Assembly: GCF_006345805.1 (NCBI RefSeq)
Contig: NC_043005.1
Coordinates: 10,044,001-10,108,000 of the forward strand
Reading direction: 5' to 3'
Length of the DNA stretch: 64,000 nt
DNA from: Octopus sinensis
Lineage: Eukaryota
Positions within the stretch are counted from its first letter, which is position 1. Each line of letters begins with the position of its first letter. Both the position numbers and the translations under genes were made by a program. Below, piece by piece: positions 38,417 to 51,820 of the stretch. The notes below the pieces were generated by a model. It did no database searches, was not told the DNA's origin, and worked only from the letters and a program-made list of their open reading frames with translations.

Positions 38417-38818
38417 ATTCTTTTCTGCTCTAGACACAAGGCCCGACATTTTGGGGGAGGGGGCCAGTCGATTAGATCAACCCCAGTACGCAAATGGTAC
38501 TTAATTTATCAACCCCGAAAGTATGAAAGGTAAAGTCGACCTCGGCGGAATTTGATCAAAGAACGTTAAGACAGACGAAATACCTATTTCTTTACTACCC
38601 ACAAGGGGCTAAACACAGAGAGGACAAACAAGGACACAGACAAACGGATTAAGTCGATTATATCTACCCCAGAGCGTAACTGTTACTTATTTAATCGACC
38701 CCGAAAGGATGAAATGCAACGCTGACCTCGGCGGAATTTGAACTCAGAACGTAACGGCAGACGAAATACCGCAAAGCACTTCGCCCGGCGTGCTAACGTT
38801 TCTGCCAGCTCACCGCCT
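38417..38818 (-). mobile_element. SINE-B composite (same architecture as 35833-36230)
   Basis: Reverse complement with the same tail/ggtatttcgtc junction. Confidence 0.9.
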
Positions 38819-38984
38819 AAGAGAAACTCAGATGAAGAGAATGGTAAGATGAGTCAGTAAACATTTTCGATCCCCAGCTGAAAACAACTCCGCCATTGAG
38901 ATAAGAATGATTATAATGTAACTTCTTTATAAGCTCTTTAAATTTCAGATCTTATAACGAAAGAAAGCTTAAGATTTCCTAAGT

Positions 38985-39187
38985 TGTGGCTGTCTGGCAA
39001 GAAGCTTGCTTCCCAATCACACTGTTCTTGGGTTCAGTCCCACTACGTGTCACTTTGGGCAAATTTCTTCTATTGTAACCTCGGACTGATCAAAACCTTG
39101 TGAGTGGATTCGGTAAACGGATACTGAAAGGATCCCGTCATGTGTGTGTGTGTGTGTGTGTGTGTGAGTGTGTGTGTGTGTGTGGGT

Positions 39188-39219
<32 letters not shown>

Positions 39220-39550
39220 TGTGCGTGTGCACATGTGTGTGTCTTTGTATATATGTGTTTTCCCCCACCAGTGTGTGTGTGTGTGTATGTATGTATGTGT
39301 GTGTGTGTGTGTGTGCGTGTGCACGTGTGTGTGTCTTTGTAAATCTGTGTTTGTCCCCCACCAGTGCTTGATAACCGGTGTTGTTGCGTTCACGTCTTCG
39401 TAACTTACCGGTTCAGCCAAAGAGACCGATAAAATAATCAACCAGGCTTAAAAAAGAAAATAACTACTGGAGTTGGTTTATTCGAGAAAATATTCTTCGG
39501 GGCAGTGCCCCAGCATGGTCACAGGGTTATGACTGAAAGAAGTAAAAGAT
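38985..39550 (+). mobile_element. SINE family A with an expanded central (TG)n
   Basis: Family A head and tail. Confidence 0.82.
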
Positions 39551-39719
39551 AAATTTATATTTGTAGGAAGAAAAGGAAGAGAATGATTCATATTTTTATA
39601 ACCTCTAACAAATCTTTGAATTTAATAGCAAAAATTACGGAATAACATAACGCAGTAATATGTAGCAAAGCAAGATATAATCATTTTAGCTGCTATGGAC
39701 GTTCCATATTTTATACATG

Positions 39720-39779
39720 ATTGATTGATTGATTCTAGTTTCAGCTCATGAGCTGTGGCCATGCTGGGGCACCGCCATT
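39720..39779 (-). mobile_element. 60-bp retroposed 3'-end fragment with an (AATC)n tail and 6-bp TSD
   Basis: Minus strand: ggcggtgccccagcatggccacagctcatgagctgaaactag(aatc)n, flanked by tacatg on both sides. Confidence 0.75.
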
Positions 39780-39854
39780 TACATGTTACATGTTCTTGTT
39801 TATCTTTAGATACATTAATTTATAGATCTCCTTATCATTATTTTATTATATTTT

Positions 39855-40305
39855 AAGGCTGAGAGCCGACAGAATCGTTAACACGCCGGGTAAAACGCTT
39901 CGGAGTATTCACTCCGTCGCTATGTTCCGAGTTCGAATTCCGCCAAGGTCAATTTCACCTTTCATCCTTTCGGGGTTGATAAATTAAGTACCAGTTGCGT
40001 ACTGGTGTTGTTCTAATCGACTGGCCTCCTCTCCCAAAATTTCAGGCCTTGTGCCTATAGCAGAAAGGATTATTTCAATTATATTAAGGCGGCGATCTAG
40101 CAGAATCGTTAGCACGAGGGCAGAATGATTAGGGGCATTTCGTACGTTTTCACGTTCTGGGTTCAAATTCCACCGAGGAGGACTCTGCCTTTTATCCTTT
40201 TGGGGTCGATGAAACGAGTACCAGTTGAACACTGGGGATCCATGTAATAGACTACCTCCCTTCCCACCCTCAAATTTCAGTTCTTCTGCCTTTGGTAGAA
40301 AGAAT
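39855..40305 (+). mobile_element. Two older SINE-B (tail 1) copies in tandem
   Basis: Diverged heads cagaatcgtta at ~39870 and ~40101. Confidence 0.8.
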
Positions 40306-40531
40306 TATTTTATTATATTAAACATTTCGTTCCATATCTTTAAATTCGTTTCATATTTAGAACTGTTTAAAGCGTAACACAGAAACAGATGTCTTAAAAT
40401 AAAGCAAGAACACATTGGTTTATCAAGGCTGAAATCCTCATGAACACAGGTTTCTTGACTAAAAGATGTCTCTGCCACTTCTAGCTTTCTATTCGAAATA
40501 AAGACAATGACAAATAGAAGCAGACACCAAT

Positions 40532-41234
40532 ATTGTTGCAGTCAGGACATAAAATGCCGGATCAGATACTGCAGGAAATCCTCTCCAAAACTACAACTCC
40601 GCCAGCTGGTTATGATGGAGTGGTAATTTATCGAAAGACGAAACTTGATATTGACGGGATTTGAACTCGGAATGCAGACAGTCAGAACAAGTATAACAAC
40701 GCTTTATTTTTTTTCGATGATCTAACCACACTACCAAATTACTACCTAAATACGTAACTGGACTTATGTAGTAATTTGGCAGCGTGGTTAGACCATCGAA
40801 AAAAATAAAGCGTTCTAAGGCGGCGAGCTGGCAGAGACGTTAGCACGCCGGGCGAAATGCGTAGCCGTATTTCGTCTACCGTTCCGTTCTGAGTTCAAAT
40901 TCCGCCGAGGTCGACTTTGCCTTTCCTCCCTTCGGGGTCGATAAATTAAGTACCAGTAACGCACTGGGGTCGATATAATCGACTTAATCCGTTTGTCTGT
41001 CCTTGTTTATCCTCTCTGTGTTTAGCCCCTTGTGGGTAGTAAAGAAAAATAAAAAGAAAAAAATAAAGCGTTGTTGTAGCTGTCTGCACTTCGAGTTCAA
41101 ATCTCTCGCCTGTATCAACTTTCGTCTTTCGACAACAAATTACCAATCCAGCATAGCCAGGTGGCGGAGTTGTAGTTTTGGACTGGATTCCCAGCAGTAA
41201 AAGTTCCGGCATTTCGTATCCTGACTGCAACAAT
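40532..41234. repeat. Long diverged inverted repeat with a SINE-B (40817-41050) inserted in the right arm
   Basis: attgttgcagtcagga...caaaactacaactccgcca...ccaaattactac is mirrored by gtagtaatttgg...tggcggagttgtagttttgg...tcctgactgcaacaat. SINE TSD aaaaaataaagcgtt. Confidence 0.87.
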
Positions 41235-41383
41235 CATTTGAAATATTAGCTGCATTTGCATCGGATTTCAGAAAGAAAATGTTATATTCTTCTGCTATCG
41301 TGTTACCATTTAGAAATGTGGTTTAACCTTGACTTTCCTTTACCTCCTCACACTCTCTCCCATCCTCAGTTTCTCTCGCTCAA

Positions 41384-41421
<38 letters not shown>

Positions 41422-41538
41422 CACATACATACACACACACACGCACACATATGCATATACGCACACGCACACTCTAACACTTTCTCTTTCCTTTTCTCAC
41501 TTTTTCTCTGTATACATCTCTGATTTTTCTTCCGCTCT

Positions 41539-41578
<40 letters not shown>

Positions 41579-42290
41579 GTACTCTCCCTTCTTACCTCTC
41601 TAACCATCTATAATTTCATACACTACCTTTTAATTCTTTTCTGTTTCTGCTAAGAGGTTAAAATCTATCGTTTAGTCTCAGAATATTCTCCTGTGACATC
41701 TCATCGATTACACGTTCACGGTCAGTGGGCCGTCTTTCTATTCAGCTTTACTCTAAATCAAATCTTTGGTCAAGCATATTTTCCTTTCGGCCAATCTTAT
41801 GCATAGATGGACAATCAGGTTTTCTCAATCATTTTATTTGCTTTGATTTTGTCTTGCAATGAAGTAGCCGAACATCGGTGTTTTGTGTGTGTTTTAGTGT
41901 ATCTGTGTTTGTACATGTGTGTGTGTGTCCGTGTGTCCGTGTCCGTCCGTGTGTGTGTGTGTGTATGCGTGAATGAATGTTTGTGCTTCCTGGTTTGCGT
42001 GTATGTGTGTTGTTTGCATGAGTGTGTTTGTGAAGATATACGTTTGCTTGTTTGTGTGCGCTTTTGTACATGTATATGCGTTGGTGCATGTTTCGTTATA
42101 CGTGTGTGTGTGTGAATATCCACGTGTATATGTGTGCGGATAAGTGTATTGTATGAGTGTGATTATGTGTGTTTTTGTGTGAGTACGTCTGCGAGAGTTA
42201 ATATATGCTTTTGTTTGTGAATGTGTATTTATTTGCGTGCGTGTGTGTAAATGTGTGTGTGTATATATGTGTATGTATGTGTGTGTATGT

Positions 42291-42355
<65 letters not shown>

Positions 42356-43169
42356 TTTAATCGCCAGCTGCAATAGATAACTTTTACATCATCCGTAACG
42401 GAACTTTACAAATGTCAGATGTTATGATCTTTCAGAAAGTAAATTCATAAAAGTGTCCTTGGATAATAATTTGTCCAAGATCTGAGAACAAAGGAAATTG
42501 CAATCGACTTTCATCATTATTGCAGGAAAGAACCTTTTCATTTAACTTGAAAAGAATCACACATCGATAATTTTTAATTGCTGGCTTCTTTCATTGTTTT
42601 TTTTTTTTCTTTTATTCAAAACTAGCAATTCAGGACAAACACACGTCGTCCTATTCCTAATATTGATTCCTGGCATAGGCATAAGACAAGATTACAAATG
42701 TAGGAGGAATGCGTTTATTCGAATAAATCCGGCCTGGTAAATTGGTTCCTAACATTTTTACTACCAAGGATCCATTATATTTGCATGAATTTTCCTACAG
42801 ACCTTTCGTTTTTCGAAATTTCTAAGCCGAAACAAACCGGGAAAACAAACTCGTTTTGCAACCTTCATCTCTCGGGTGAAAGATATATGTAAGTAAATAA
42901 TGTTGTTGAATAATAATATATTTCAAACTGAAGCCTTCTAAAAATTTTAACACAGCTCACGTAGTCCAGGTTGGGATCTACTGAACAAACATTTAACTGA
43001 TATTTCATTTTATCGACGTCGTATGAGGATAAAAGTGGTAAAGCCGGAATTTCAATTCAGAATTGAATGTGATATACTTAATCATCGTAAAACATTTTAC
43101 CTCTCTGTCGATCTACTGATTCTGCTATCGTAACACCCGCCTCACTCATAAAGCTGAGAAACGGCTAAT

Positions 43170-43631
43170 ATTGCTTTCAAATTTTGACTCATGGACAGCA
43201 ATTTCAGGGAAGGATAAGTCCATTACCTCGACCCTAGTACTCAAGCGGTACGTATTTTATCGAATCCGAAAGGATGAAAGGTAAAGTCGACCTTAACGGA
43301 ATTTGAACTCAGAACGTAAAGACGAACAAAATATTGCTAAGTATTTTGTCCGACGCCCTAACAATTCTTATTTCTTTATTGCCCTCACGGGGCTAAACAT
43401 AGAGGGGACAAACAAGGACAGACAAAAGAATTAAGTCGATTACATCGACCCCAGTGCGTAACTAGTACTTAATTTATCGACCCCGAAAGGATGAAAGGCA
43501 AAGTCGACCTCGGCAGAATTTGAACTCAGAGCGTAGAGGCAGACGAAATACCTTTATTACCCACAAGGGGCTAAACACAGAGAGGACAAACAAGGACAGA
43601 CAAACGGATCAAGTCGATTACATCGACCCCA
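43170..43631 (-). mobile_element. SINE-B tandem array (two Tx1-like tails plus an older tail-1 unit)
   Basis: Reverse-complement units with junctions at gtatttcgtc and agaattgttag. Confidence 0.87.
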
Positions 43632-44476
43632 GGTTTTCTTTGAAAACCTTGTCGTTTTTCAGTTTATTTAACGCTAAGTCAAAGAAGGAAGGACAGTATC
43701 CATGTCATTATGCATGTAATTGATGGGAAAGAGTGAAGAAGATATTAACTGGCCGAAGCCCTGGTCCAATGTTTGCAACAAAGTTGACTACACAGAAGAA
43801 TCCCAGGGCACCAGATGGTAATGTTTGACAAACAAGAGAATTTGTCCCTCTAATAAGCTTTCACGCTGTTTCCACCAACCAAATTTCATTGGTAAAGATT
43901 TGGTCAATCCGAATCTATGATGGGAAAAAACTTGCCTAAGGTACCACTTAGTGGGATCAAACCCGAAACCGCTTAGCTGCAAAGCGAATGTCTTAGCCGC
44001 ACAATTATGACTCCGCCCAATCTTGCCTTCTTTAATATTAAAATCCTTCGAAAGTGCCTGACCCGAGAACCCATATCTCTTCTCTTATTTTATGTATCAG
44101 GTCGGATCTCTTCTTTTAGACAGTAACATCTCAAAGTGAATTGATGGTGTTCTCTAACACTTATATTCCATCTACTCTGTTTTACTTCAGGATTGAAATA
44201 CATGGCTGACAGGTTTATAATATCCGACTTACCATAAAACAATATCAGAGAATAGCTATTTACATAGAGTGTTATATTTTCTTTAATTGTCCATTAGTAT
44301 TATCTACAACAATCGGGTTGCTGCTTGAGAGGATTTTTGTAATTTTTCTAGCAACTATGATCGTATCCAGATCACCGGTTGTAATATGAGAAAGATTCGG
44401 TTGTCATTTATAACAAGGCAAGTGAATATATAGGAGCTCTCTGTCGTTTTAAAAAAGGATTCCAGATAAGCTAGTC

Positions 44477-44894
44477 TATTTCTTTACTACCCACAAGGGG
44501 CTAAACACAGAGGGGACAAACAAGGACAGACACATGGATTAAGTCGATTACATCGACCCCAGTGCGTCACTGGTACTTAATTTATCGACCCCGAAAGGAT
44601 GAATGGCAAAGTCGACCTCGGCTGAATTTGAACACAGAACGTAGCGGCAGACGAAATACCTATTTCTTTACTACCCACAAGGGGCTAAACACAGAGGGGA
44701 CAAACAAGGACAGACTAACGGATTAAGTCGATTACATCGAACCCAGTGCGTAACTGGTACTTAATTTTATCGACCCCGAAAGGATGAAAGGCAAAGTCGA
44801 CCTCGGCGAAATTTGAACTCAGAACGTAACGGCAGACGAAATACAGCTACGCATTTCGCCTGGCGTGCTAACGTTTCTGCCAGCTCGCCGCCTT
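44477..44894 (-). mobile_element. SINE-B dimer with a perfect 18-bp TSD
   Basis: attccagataagctagtc at 44459-44476 and 44895-44912. Confidence 0.93.
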
Positions 44895-46109
44895 ATTCCA
44901 GATAAGCTAGTCACCGATATGTAACATTATAGGATGATTACGCCTCTCACCCACTTGGTTATAGGCCTGCTCGTTCAGGTCTCGCTGGTAGATAAACAAC
45001 AAATACAGCAACACTTTGTTAATCAAACCGCAAATGTTTGTTCGACATGCATGACACAGCAACCAAATCCGCTTCAAATCACAGCGTGCTGTCTTAAAGA
45101 AATTGTAAACGAAGAAAATAGTGCAGCTAAAGAAAAAGTAACGTTACCCAAGTAATGTTTTGTAGAAAGCAATCAAACTACATCCTTATCTTAAAATTGT
45201 ATGATTTTTGTCCCTAGTCAAGATAAATCAATGCCCTTCGTTCTTAGTCTCCAGTAAAGCACCATAATGTTACATAAATAGTAATGTAATGTATTCATGT
45301 ATTGATTGCTATCGAAAAGCAAAACCTGTTTTTCTCTCTTCCAAGCCTTGAGAGATGCTCTAATTGCCAGTGCATAATTCCAATGTCAAGGTGATCAGCA
45401 GAGATAAAACACACACACACGCACGCACACACACACACACACGCACACACACACACGCACACGCACACGTGCTAGTATATGTATATATATGTGTGTGTGC
45501 GTGTATGTGTACCTGTATGTGTATACGTGTATGCACGTCTGTATGTATACATATATATATATATATATGAATGTGTGTGTGTGTGCACTTGTATGTGTAT
45601 ATGTGTATGTACGTAGGTATGTATACATATATATATATGTATGTGTGTGTGTACTTGTATGTGTATAGTGTATGTATACATATATATATGAATGTGTGTG
45701 TGTACTTGTATGTGTATAGTGTATGTATACATATATATATGAATGTGTGTGTGTATTTGTATGTGTATATGTGTATGTACGTGTGTATGTATACATATAT
45801 ATATGAATGTGTGTGTACTTGTATCAGTATACGTGTGTATACGTATGTATATACGTATGTACATACATATGTGTATTTGTGCATATATGTGCTTGTAAGT
45901 GCGCATGTACCCAGTCCCTCACATTTAAAAATAAAACTGAATAATAACGATTAGACTTTATTTTTTTAACCTTGATCATAGAACTGCTTGATCAGAACTC
46001 GCCTGGGTTCAAACAATAACGTCAACGATAAACAGTGCTGGGCTCAGAGAATATACAATAAAATTCTCTCTATGTAGAAACACAACGAAACGTAGCAATG
46101 ATTGTTTTG

Positions 46110-46406
46110 TCTGTTCCTTCTCGATCCACACCTGGCACATTGGGGCCGGTTTCCCGGTTTCCTTAGCGTATAGTTTCCCCACCTGGACGGGATGCCGGTC
46201 CGTCGCTGGTGAGCTGCAAGATGCAGAAGGAAAGAGTGAGGGAAAGTTGTGGCGAAAGAGTCAACAGATGTTCGCCACTACCTTCTGCCGTAGACGCGTG
46301 GAGCTTAGGTGTTTCGCTCATAAACACACACATCGCCCCGTTTGAGATTCGAACCTGCGATCCCTTGATCGCGAGTCCGCTGCTCTAACCACTAGGCCAT
46401 GTGCCT
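46110..46406 (-). mobile_element. SINE family C variant
   Basis: Minus-strand head catggcctagtggttagagcagcggactcgcga...ggttcgaatc; centre as in 63006-63392, tail as in 16253-16500. Confidence 0.8.
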
Positions 46407-46411
46407 TCACC

Positions 46412-46540
46412 AATGATATACAAATATTGATATACAAATATAAAAATATCATGTTATCAGCAACGATATACAAGTATAAAAATATCGTGATATAAATTGT
46501 ATATCAGCAATGATATAGAAATAGATAAATATCTTGTTAT
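46412..46540. repeat. Degenerate AT-rich minisatellite
   Basis: Three to four imperfect units of caatgatatacaaatataaaaatatc. Confidence 0.75.
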
Positions 46541-46743
46541 CGATGAGTCTTTTGCACAGATATCTTACTTGTTTGTATAATTGTTGTTGTTGTTTTCTGC
46601 CACTGTTGTTATTTTTGTTGTTGTTTAACCTCTTTCAACACTTGACAGACTATAAGTTATGATCAAGGACATTCCAACCGCGGCCGTCCTATTTCTTTTC
46701 AGAGTTAGTACTTTTCATGAATTCTATATATTTTAAAATTCGT

Positions 46744-47240
46744 TTACTTGTTTCAGACAATTGACTGTGGCCACGCTGGGGCATTACCCTGGAGGGTTTT
46801 CTTCATTAAATCCACTTCAACATTTATTTTAAGTGTAGTATATTTTTCTATCGAATTCCTTTTGCTGAACCGCCATTTTACAAAGATAGAACTAATTAAG
46901 CGGCGAAACATATATTCACACACATACATATATCATGATATATGTGTGTGAATGTGTGTGTACATATGTATGTGCATACATACATATACACGCACACATA
47001 CACACATACATACATACATACATACATACATACATACATACATACATACATACATACATACATGCATACATACACATACGTATTCGGTATATGTTAAGCG
47101 GCTAAACAATTTCCGTCTATCAAATTCGTTGACAGTTGGTCAGCCCTGGGCTATTACAAAAGATGCTCATAGTGTGCCATATGGAGTCACTGAACCGGAA
47201 ACCACGTGGCTGCAAAATAAATTTCATTTCATAGCAATGC
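46744..47240 (-). mobile_element. Old, degenerate SINE family A
   Basis: tacttgtttcag...ttgactgtggccacgctgg and actgaaccggaaaccacgtgg. Confidence 0.6.
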
Positions 47241-48928
47241 CTGGTTTAGAACTTTATATTTGGCATGCCTTCTTTTGTAACGTTTGAGTATGATTTTAGA
47301 GGGGAAATATCTGTTACTTCTAGCAGATCGAATAATTCCTTAGAAGCATCCTCGTTGGGTCATGCTTGCTAGTTTTATAATAGATTCGCTGTAGTAGTCA
47401 GCACTAACATAACATTTACTTGATGTGGGTTAGATTTGAATAAAACCTCAGAGCAGATTTATTGTAACGATTGACAACCAAAATGAAATCAAAGTATGAA
47501 TGAAATATCTTAAAATATACTTTCTATTATAATCAGATGACGATGATAATTTTGCGCATGCGTTTAAATAATTGGCATATTCTGATATTTCACTCTTTGA
47601 CTATGTACACACACTATTCAATGAAAATATTTCTGCCTTTACATTAGAGTCACGGTTGCGAGTGTCGTAATAGATTGAATGTTATTGCTTTCTCTGAGGA
47701 TAATATTAACAGTCACGTCTGAAGTTTTATGGTCTTTCCACAAGAATAAATTTAGTTTAAAAGGTTTTGTTCATATACATCACGTGATTCTGTTAATACT
47801 TCCGGTTAATTAAAAACACAAGCTTATTATTGAAATTTTGCTTTGAAATCGGCCCATTATTATTTGATTAGGAAACTACTTCCTATGATAATATTGCTCT
47901 CACACGCACACATCCTCATTTGAATTTACTTGAACACAATCTGAACACATAGGCAGGGATGTTTTAACGGTCCTTATCGCCATTATTACAAATAGGCATT
48001 ATTTGTGTTATTGTTTTCGTTTCCAATTCTTATTGACACGATTTCATAGTCTCTAACTATATTTTATTGCATGTCAAAGCAAACGTTATTCTATTATCTC
48101 AGTCGAATACATTATTATTATTATCATGTCTATCTCTTGAACGATCTCTGACCACCCAATCAATGATTTTCAAAGCGTATTTGATCTCAAACCGACCATT
48201 TCAAACTGATTGTCTTCGGATAAACAACAGCCTAGAGATGTTATCTGAACTCTCGGCCAGGAGGTAAAAAGTCGAACAATAGGCTGTTATGACTCATAAT
48301 TATAGCCAACAGACGGCATGAAGCTTTTAATATCGACGTCCTGTAGCGAAATCCTCACTATCAATGCTAGATTGAAAACAAGGCGACAAAACTGTATCAC
48401 TAATATCTCTTGTACTGTTTTATCGCTGTGAAATCTAAGAGAAATGATCAGAAATATGGTTAACAGTGCAATCATTGATTCAAAACTACAAGATATTTCT
48501 GAATATAACTCATAAGTTATTGAAATAATGCCTGATATCAAGCAAAGATAATATTCATAAGTTCATAGCTGAACAAGTTTCCCAATACTAAGGACAATAT
48601 TATTTAACGATAGCCATCAATCTTTCTAAAAATGAAAATTCTATTGTTGTCGGATTTGGGGACGAAAGTATCAAAGAATAAGGAGCTTTGAATGATGTTG
48701 GTGGGGAAGGGTTGAGACGGAATACGGGATCTTTTACACAAACTATATTCTTATGTATATAGTCATTTCTGCTTCTGTCTGAGTGTATGCGTTCGCGCGC
48801 TCGTGTGTGTACGTGTGTGCATACATGTGCGTGCATGTGTGTGTGTGTATGTGTATGTGCGTGCATGCCTGCGCACATAATCGCAGAGAAGCATTTAGTA
48901 TGATATTTATAGGTTTAAAAAAAGTTAT

Positions 48929-49144
48929 TCTTTTACTCTTTTACACATTTGACTGTGGCCATGCTGGAGCACCGCCTTTAGTCGAGCAAATCGACCCCAG
49001 GACTTATTCTTTGTAAGCCTAGTACTTATTCTATCGTGCTCTTTGCCGAAGCGCTAAGTTACGTAAATACACCACCATCGGTAGTCAAGCGATGTTGGGG
49101 GGGGGGGACAAACACAGACATACAAACATATACACTCACACACA

Positions 49145-49145
<1 letters not shown>
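48929..49145 (-). mobile_element. SINE family A, 3' half
   Basis: Reverse-complement tail up to the central microsatellite. Confidence 0.85.
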
Positions 49146-49186
<41 letters not shown>

Positions 49187-49267
49187 CTTTCAACATGTGA
49201 CCTCGTGAGCACCGCCAGCAATTTTTTTTCCTCTGTCTTCCCTTCTCTGGATCTTTCCTTCTCCTTT

Positions 49268-49302
49268 GCTTCTGACGAAGAGCTCCGCTCGAAACGTTAA
49301 AC
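49268..49302 (+). ncRNA. Minimal type I hammerhead ribozyme motif in a PLE-type terminal repeat fragment (49185-49385)
   Basis: GCUU CUGACGA A GAGC UCC GCUC GAAA CG UU AAAC: intact CUGANGA and GAAA, stem II GAGC/GCUC, palindromic AACGUU stem III. Confidence 0.7.
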
Positions 49303-50494
49303 CCTCCTTCTTTCCTGAGCATCCAATAATACTTTATTTGTTCCACGTCCTCGCGTTGCTGTATTCTTTTGGGGGGGTTTTCTTATATATATCGGCCAAG
49401 TCTGCGGGTTTTCTATTGGGTAACGTTGTTATTTCGGAAAGCCGAGACTTACTTGCTTGGACAGCTGCCAGTCTTCTTCAACAAAGTCTTGTCCAGGCTT
49501 TCACATACATTTACAGGATATCACGCTAGACCGATGGGACTTCCCTTTAGCTTTTGCATGCAGTAAGGACTAAAGCCTTTGGGTTTACCCCTTAGTTTAC
49601 TTCAGTCGAAAAATAAAAATCCATATGATACTCCACATTTGGATAACTATACATATACATATTTCTAGATGCACTTAAACTTCAGCTGACTGGAAAACAG
49701 CGACGTGAAATGAGATGTTTCACGTTTGGGCACGACACAGCGCGCCCTCTACCTGAATAAAACCTATGGCCTATGATCAATCACCAACAGCCTAATAATA
49801 TGACCAGCGCCTTCTTTCACTCATTAACCTATATATATCACAAACACTAACATTATAAACGCACAACCGATATAAACTGTTCCGCTAATTATAGAAAAAT
49901 TAATTTATAAATACAGATCAACGTTCGCGGTTGCACGAGCAGATAGAAATGGCTGTAAAGTCTTTATCAATAACTACAGCTTTTAAAATGGAAGCATAAA
50001 TCGGCTGGATACTCCCTGCTGGAATACCTTTCGCTATAATCTCCTGTATTAGAATTGTCAATAATTCATACATTAACAATAATTTATACATACTGAATGA
50101 AAGCTTATAAACAATCACATGTGCTCACGTACGCATGCGCACAGCCATTCGGTCGTCTTGGTTTGCCTTCTCAATAACTGAGATACCTTCGACCAGCAAT
50201 ATTATAGTGATTGAAGGTCTGTGTCTTTTTCTGTTTTCTTATATCTGAAGAAGTGAACGAAGCCATTGTCCCTCGACCAACAAAGAAAAGGAACCAAATT
50301 CCCTTGAATTAGAACCCCATGTCTTAAGAAAAACACTCATTATATGACGTGGTCTTAGGTGTCAAGTATATAGGAAAGAATACGGTTTGATCTCGGCAGG
50401 AATGTCTTCGATCGTACGCCAGGTAGGTCACGACTGGACTGACATGACTAAAAAAATACAAAAGCGTAAGCATCTGCAGCAGCAGCAGTCAATA

Positions 50495-50625
50495 TTCTTT
50501 TCTATTCTAAGCACAAGGCCCGAAATTTTTAGGGAGGAGCCAAGCGATTAGATCAACCCCAGTACGCAAAAGGTACTTAATTTATCGGTCCCGAAAGGGT
50601 GAAAGGCAAAGTTGACGTCGGTGGA
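50495..50625 (-). mobile_element. SINE-B tail-1 fragment
   Basis: Matches 38417-38550. Confidence 0.8.
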
Positions 50626-50664
50626 AGCAGTAGTCAATATTACATCCAAATTTTAAGGGGGCGA

Positions 50665-50733
50665 GCTCGGACCGGTCAAAGCTTGTGAGTGAATTTGGTA
50701 GACGGAAGCTGAAAGAAGCCTATTGTATATATG

Positions 50734-50765
<32 letters not shown>

Positions 50766-51042
50766 TGTATGTATGTATGTATGTATGTATGTATGTATGA
50801 ATGAATGAATGTATGTATGTATGTGTGTATATGTTTGTGTGTCTGTTTGTTTCCCCAACATGGCTTTACCAGCGATGGTGGTGTGTTTACGTCCCCGTAA
50901 CTTAGCGGTTCGACAAAAAGTGACCGATAGAATAAGTACTAGACTTACAAAGAATATGTCCTGGGGTTGATTTGATCGACTAAAGGCGGTGCTCCAGCAT
51001 GGCCGCAGTCAAATGGCCGAAACAAGTAAAAGAGAGAGTAAG
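50665..51042 (+). mobile_element. SINE family A, 5'-truncated
   Basis: Family A centre and tail. Confidence 0.85.
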
Positions 51043-51380
51043 AGTATACTTTGTATGTAAGGTAATTAAATAAATTAGGCATATTGGATTTCAGTAAATG
51101 GCTATAATGTTTGTACAATTTCATCGCAAACGGAAAACGAATCTAGTTTCAGATGTGTTTATCTTCTCTTCAGCAACGACTTACTCTTTTCTTGACTGTC
51201 AACATTGAAATTATATAAACAAGACTGTTGTTTGAGTGTTTTTAATTGATGAAGTTAATTTTAATTAGTTAACGTATTAGTATACAAAACCAACACTACG
51301 AACGAGTCAGTAATTTATTCACTCAAAATATCTACCAAAGTGCGTCCAGTCAGTGGATCCGATTAAATGAAGCCCTTAAA

Positions 51381-51820
51381 TAGGCGCAGGCGTGACTGTG
51401 TAGTAAGGAGCTTGCTTTCCAATCACATGGTTCTGGGTTCAAGTCTCACTGTGTGGCACCTTGGAGACAAGAGACTTCTACTGTAGCCTCGGGCCAACCA
51501 AGGCGTTGTGGGTGTATTTGGTAGACGGAAACTGAAATAATCCTGTCGTAAATATATGTGTGGTGGTGGGGGCGTGTGGCTGTGCATGTCTGGGCGTCAT
51601 TGTGTTTGTGCTCCCCCCCCCCGAGCACCACCACCACCACCACTTGACAACCTGTGTTCTTGTGTTTACGACTCCGTAACTTAGCGACTCAGCAAAAGGG
51701 ACATATAGAATAAGTACTAGGCTTACAAAAATAAGTCCTGCGATTGATTCGTTCGACTAAAACGCCTTAAGGCGATGCTCCTGCATGGCCACAGTCAAAT
51801 GAATGAAACAAGTAAAAGAC
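51381..51820 (+). mobile_element. SINE family A
   Basis: Family A head and tail, diverged. Confidence 0.82.

Noticed and set aside
47940-48720. Non-repetitive stretch as possible exons (also 20820-21480 and 49390-50120)
   Set aside because: Only short ORFs without recognisable domains or convincing splice pairs; cannot be supported without transcript data.
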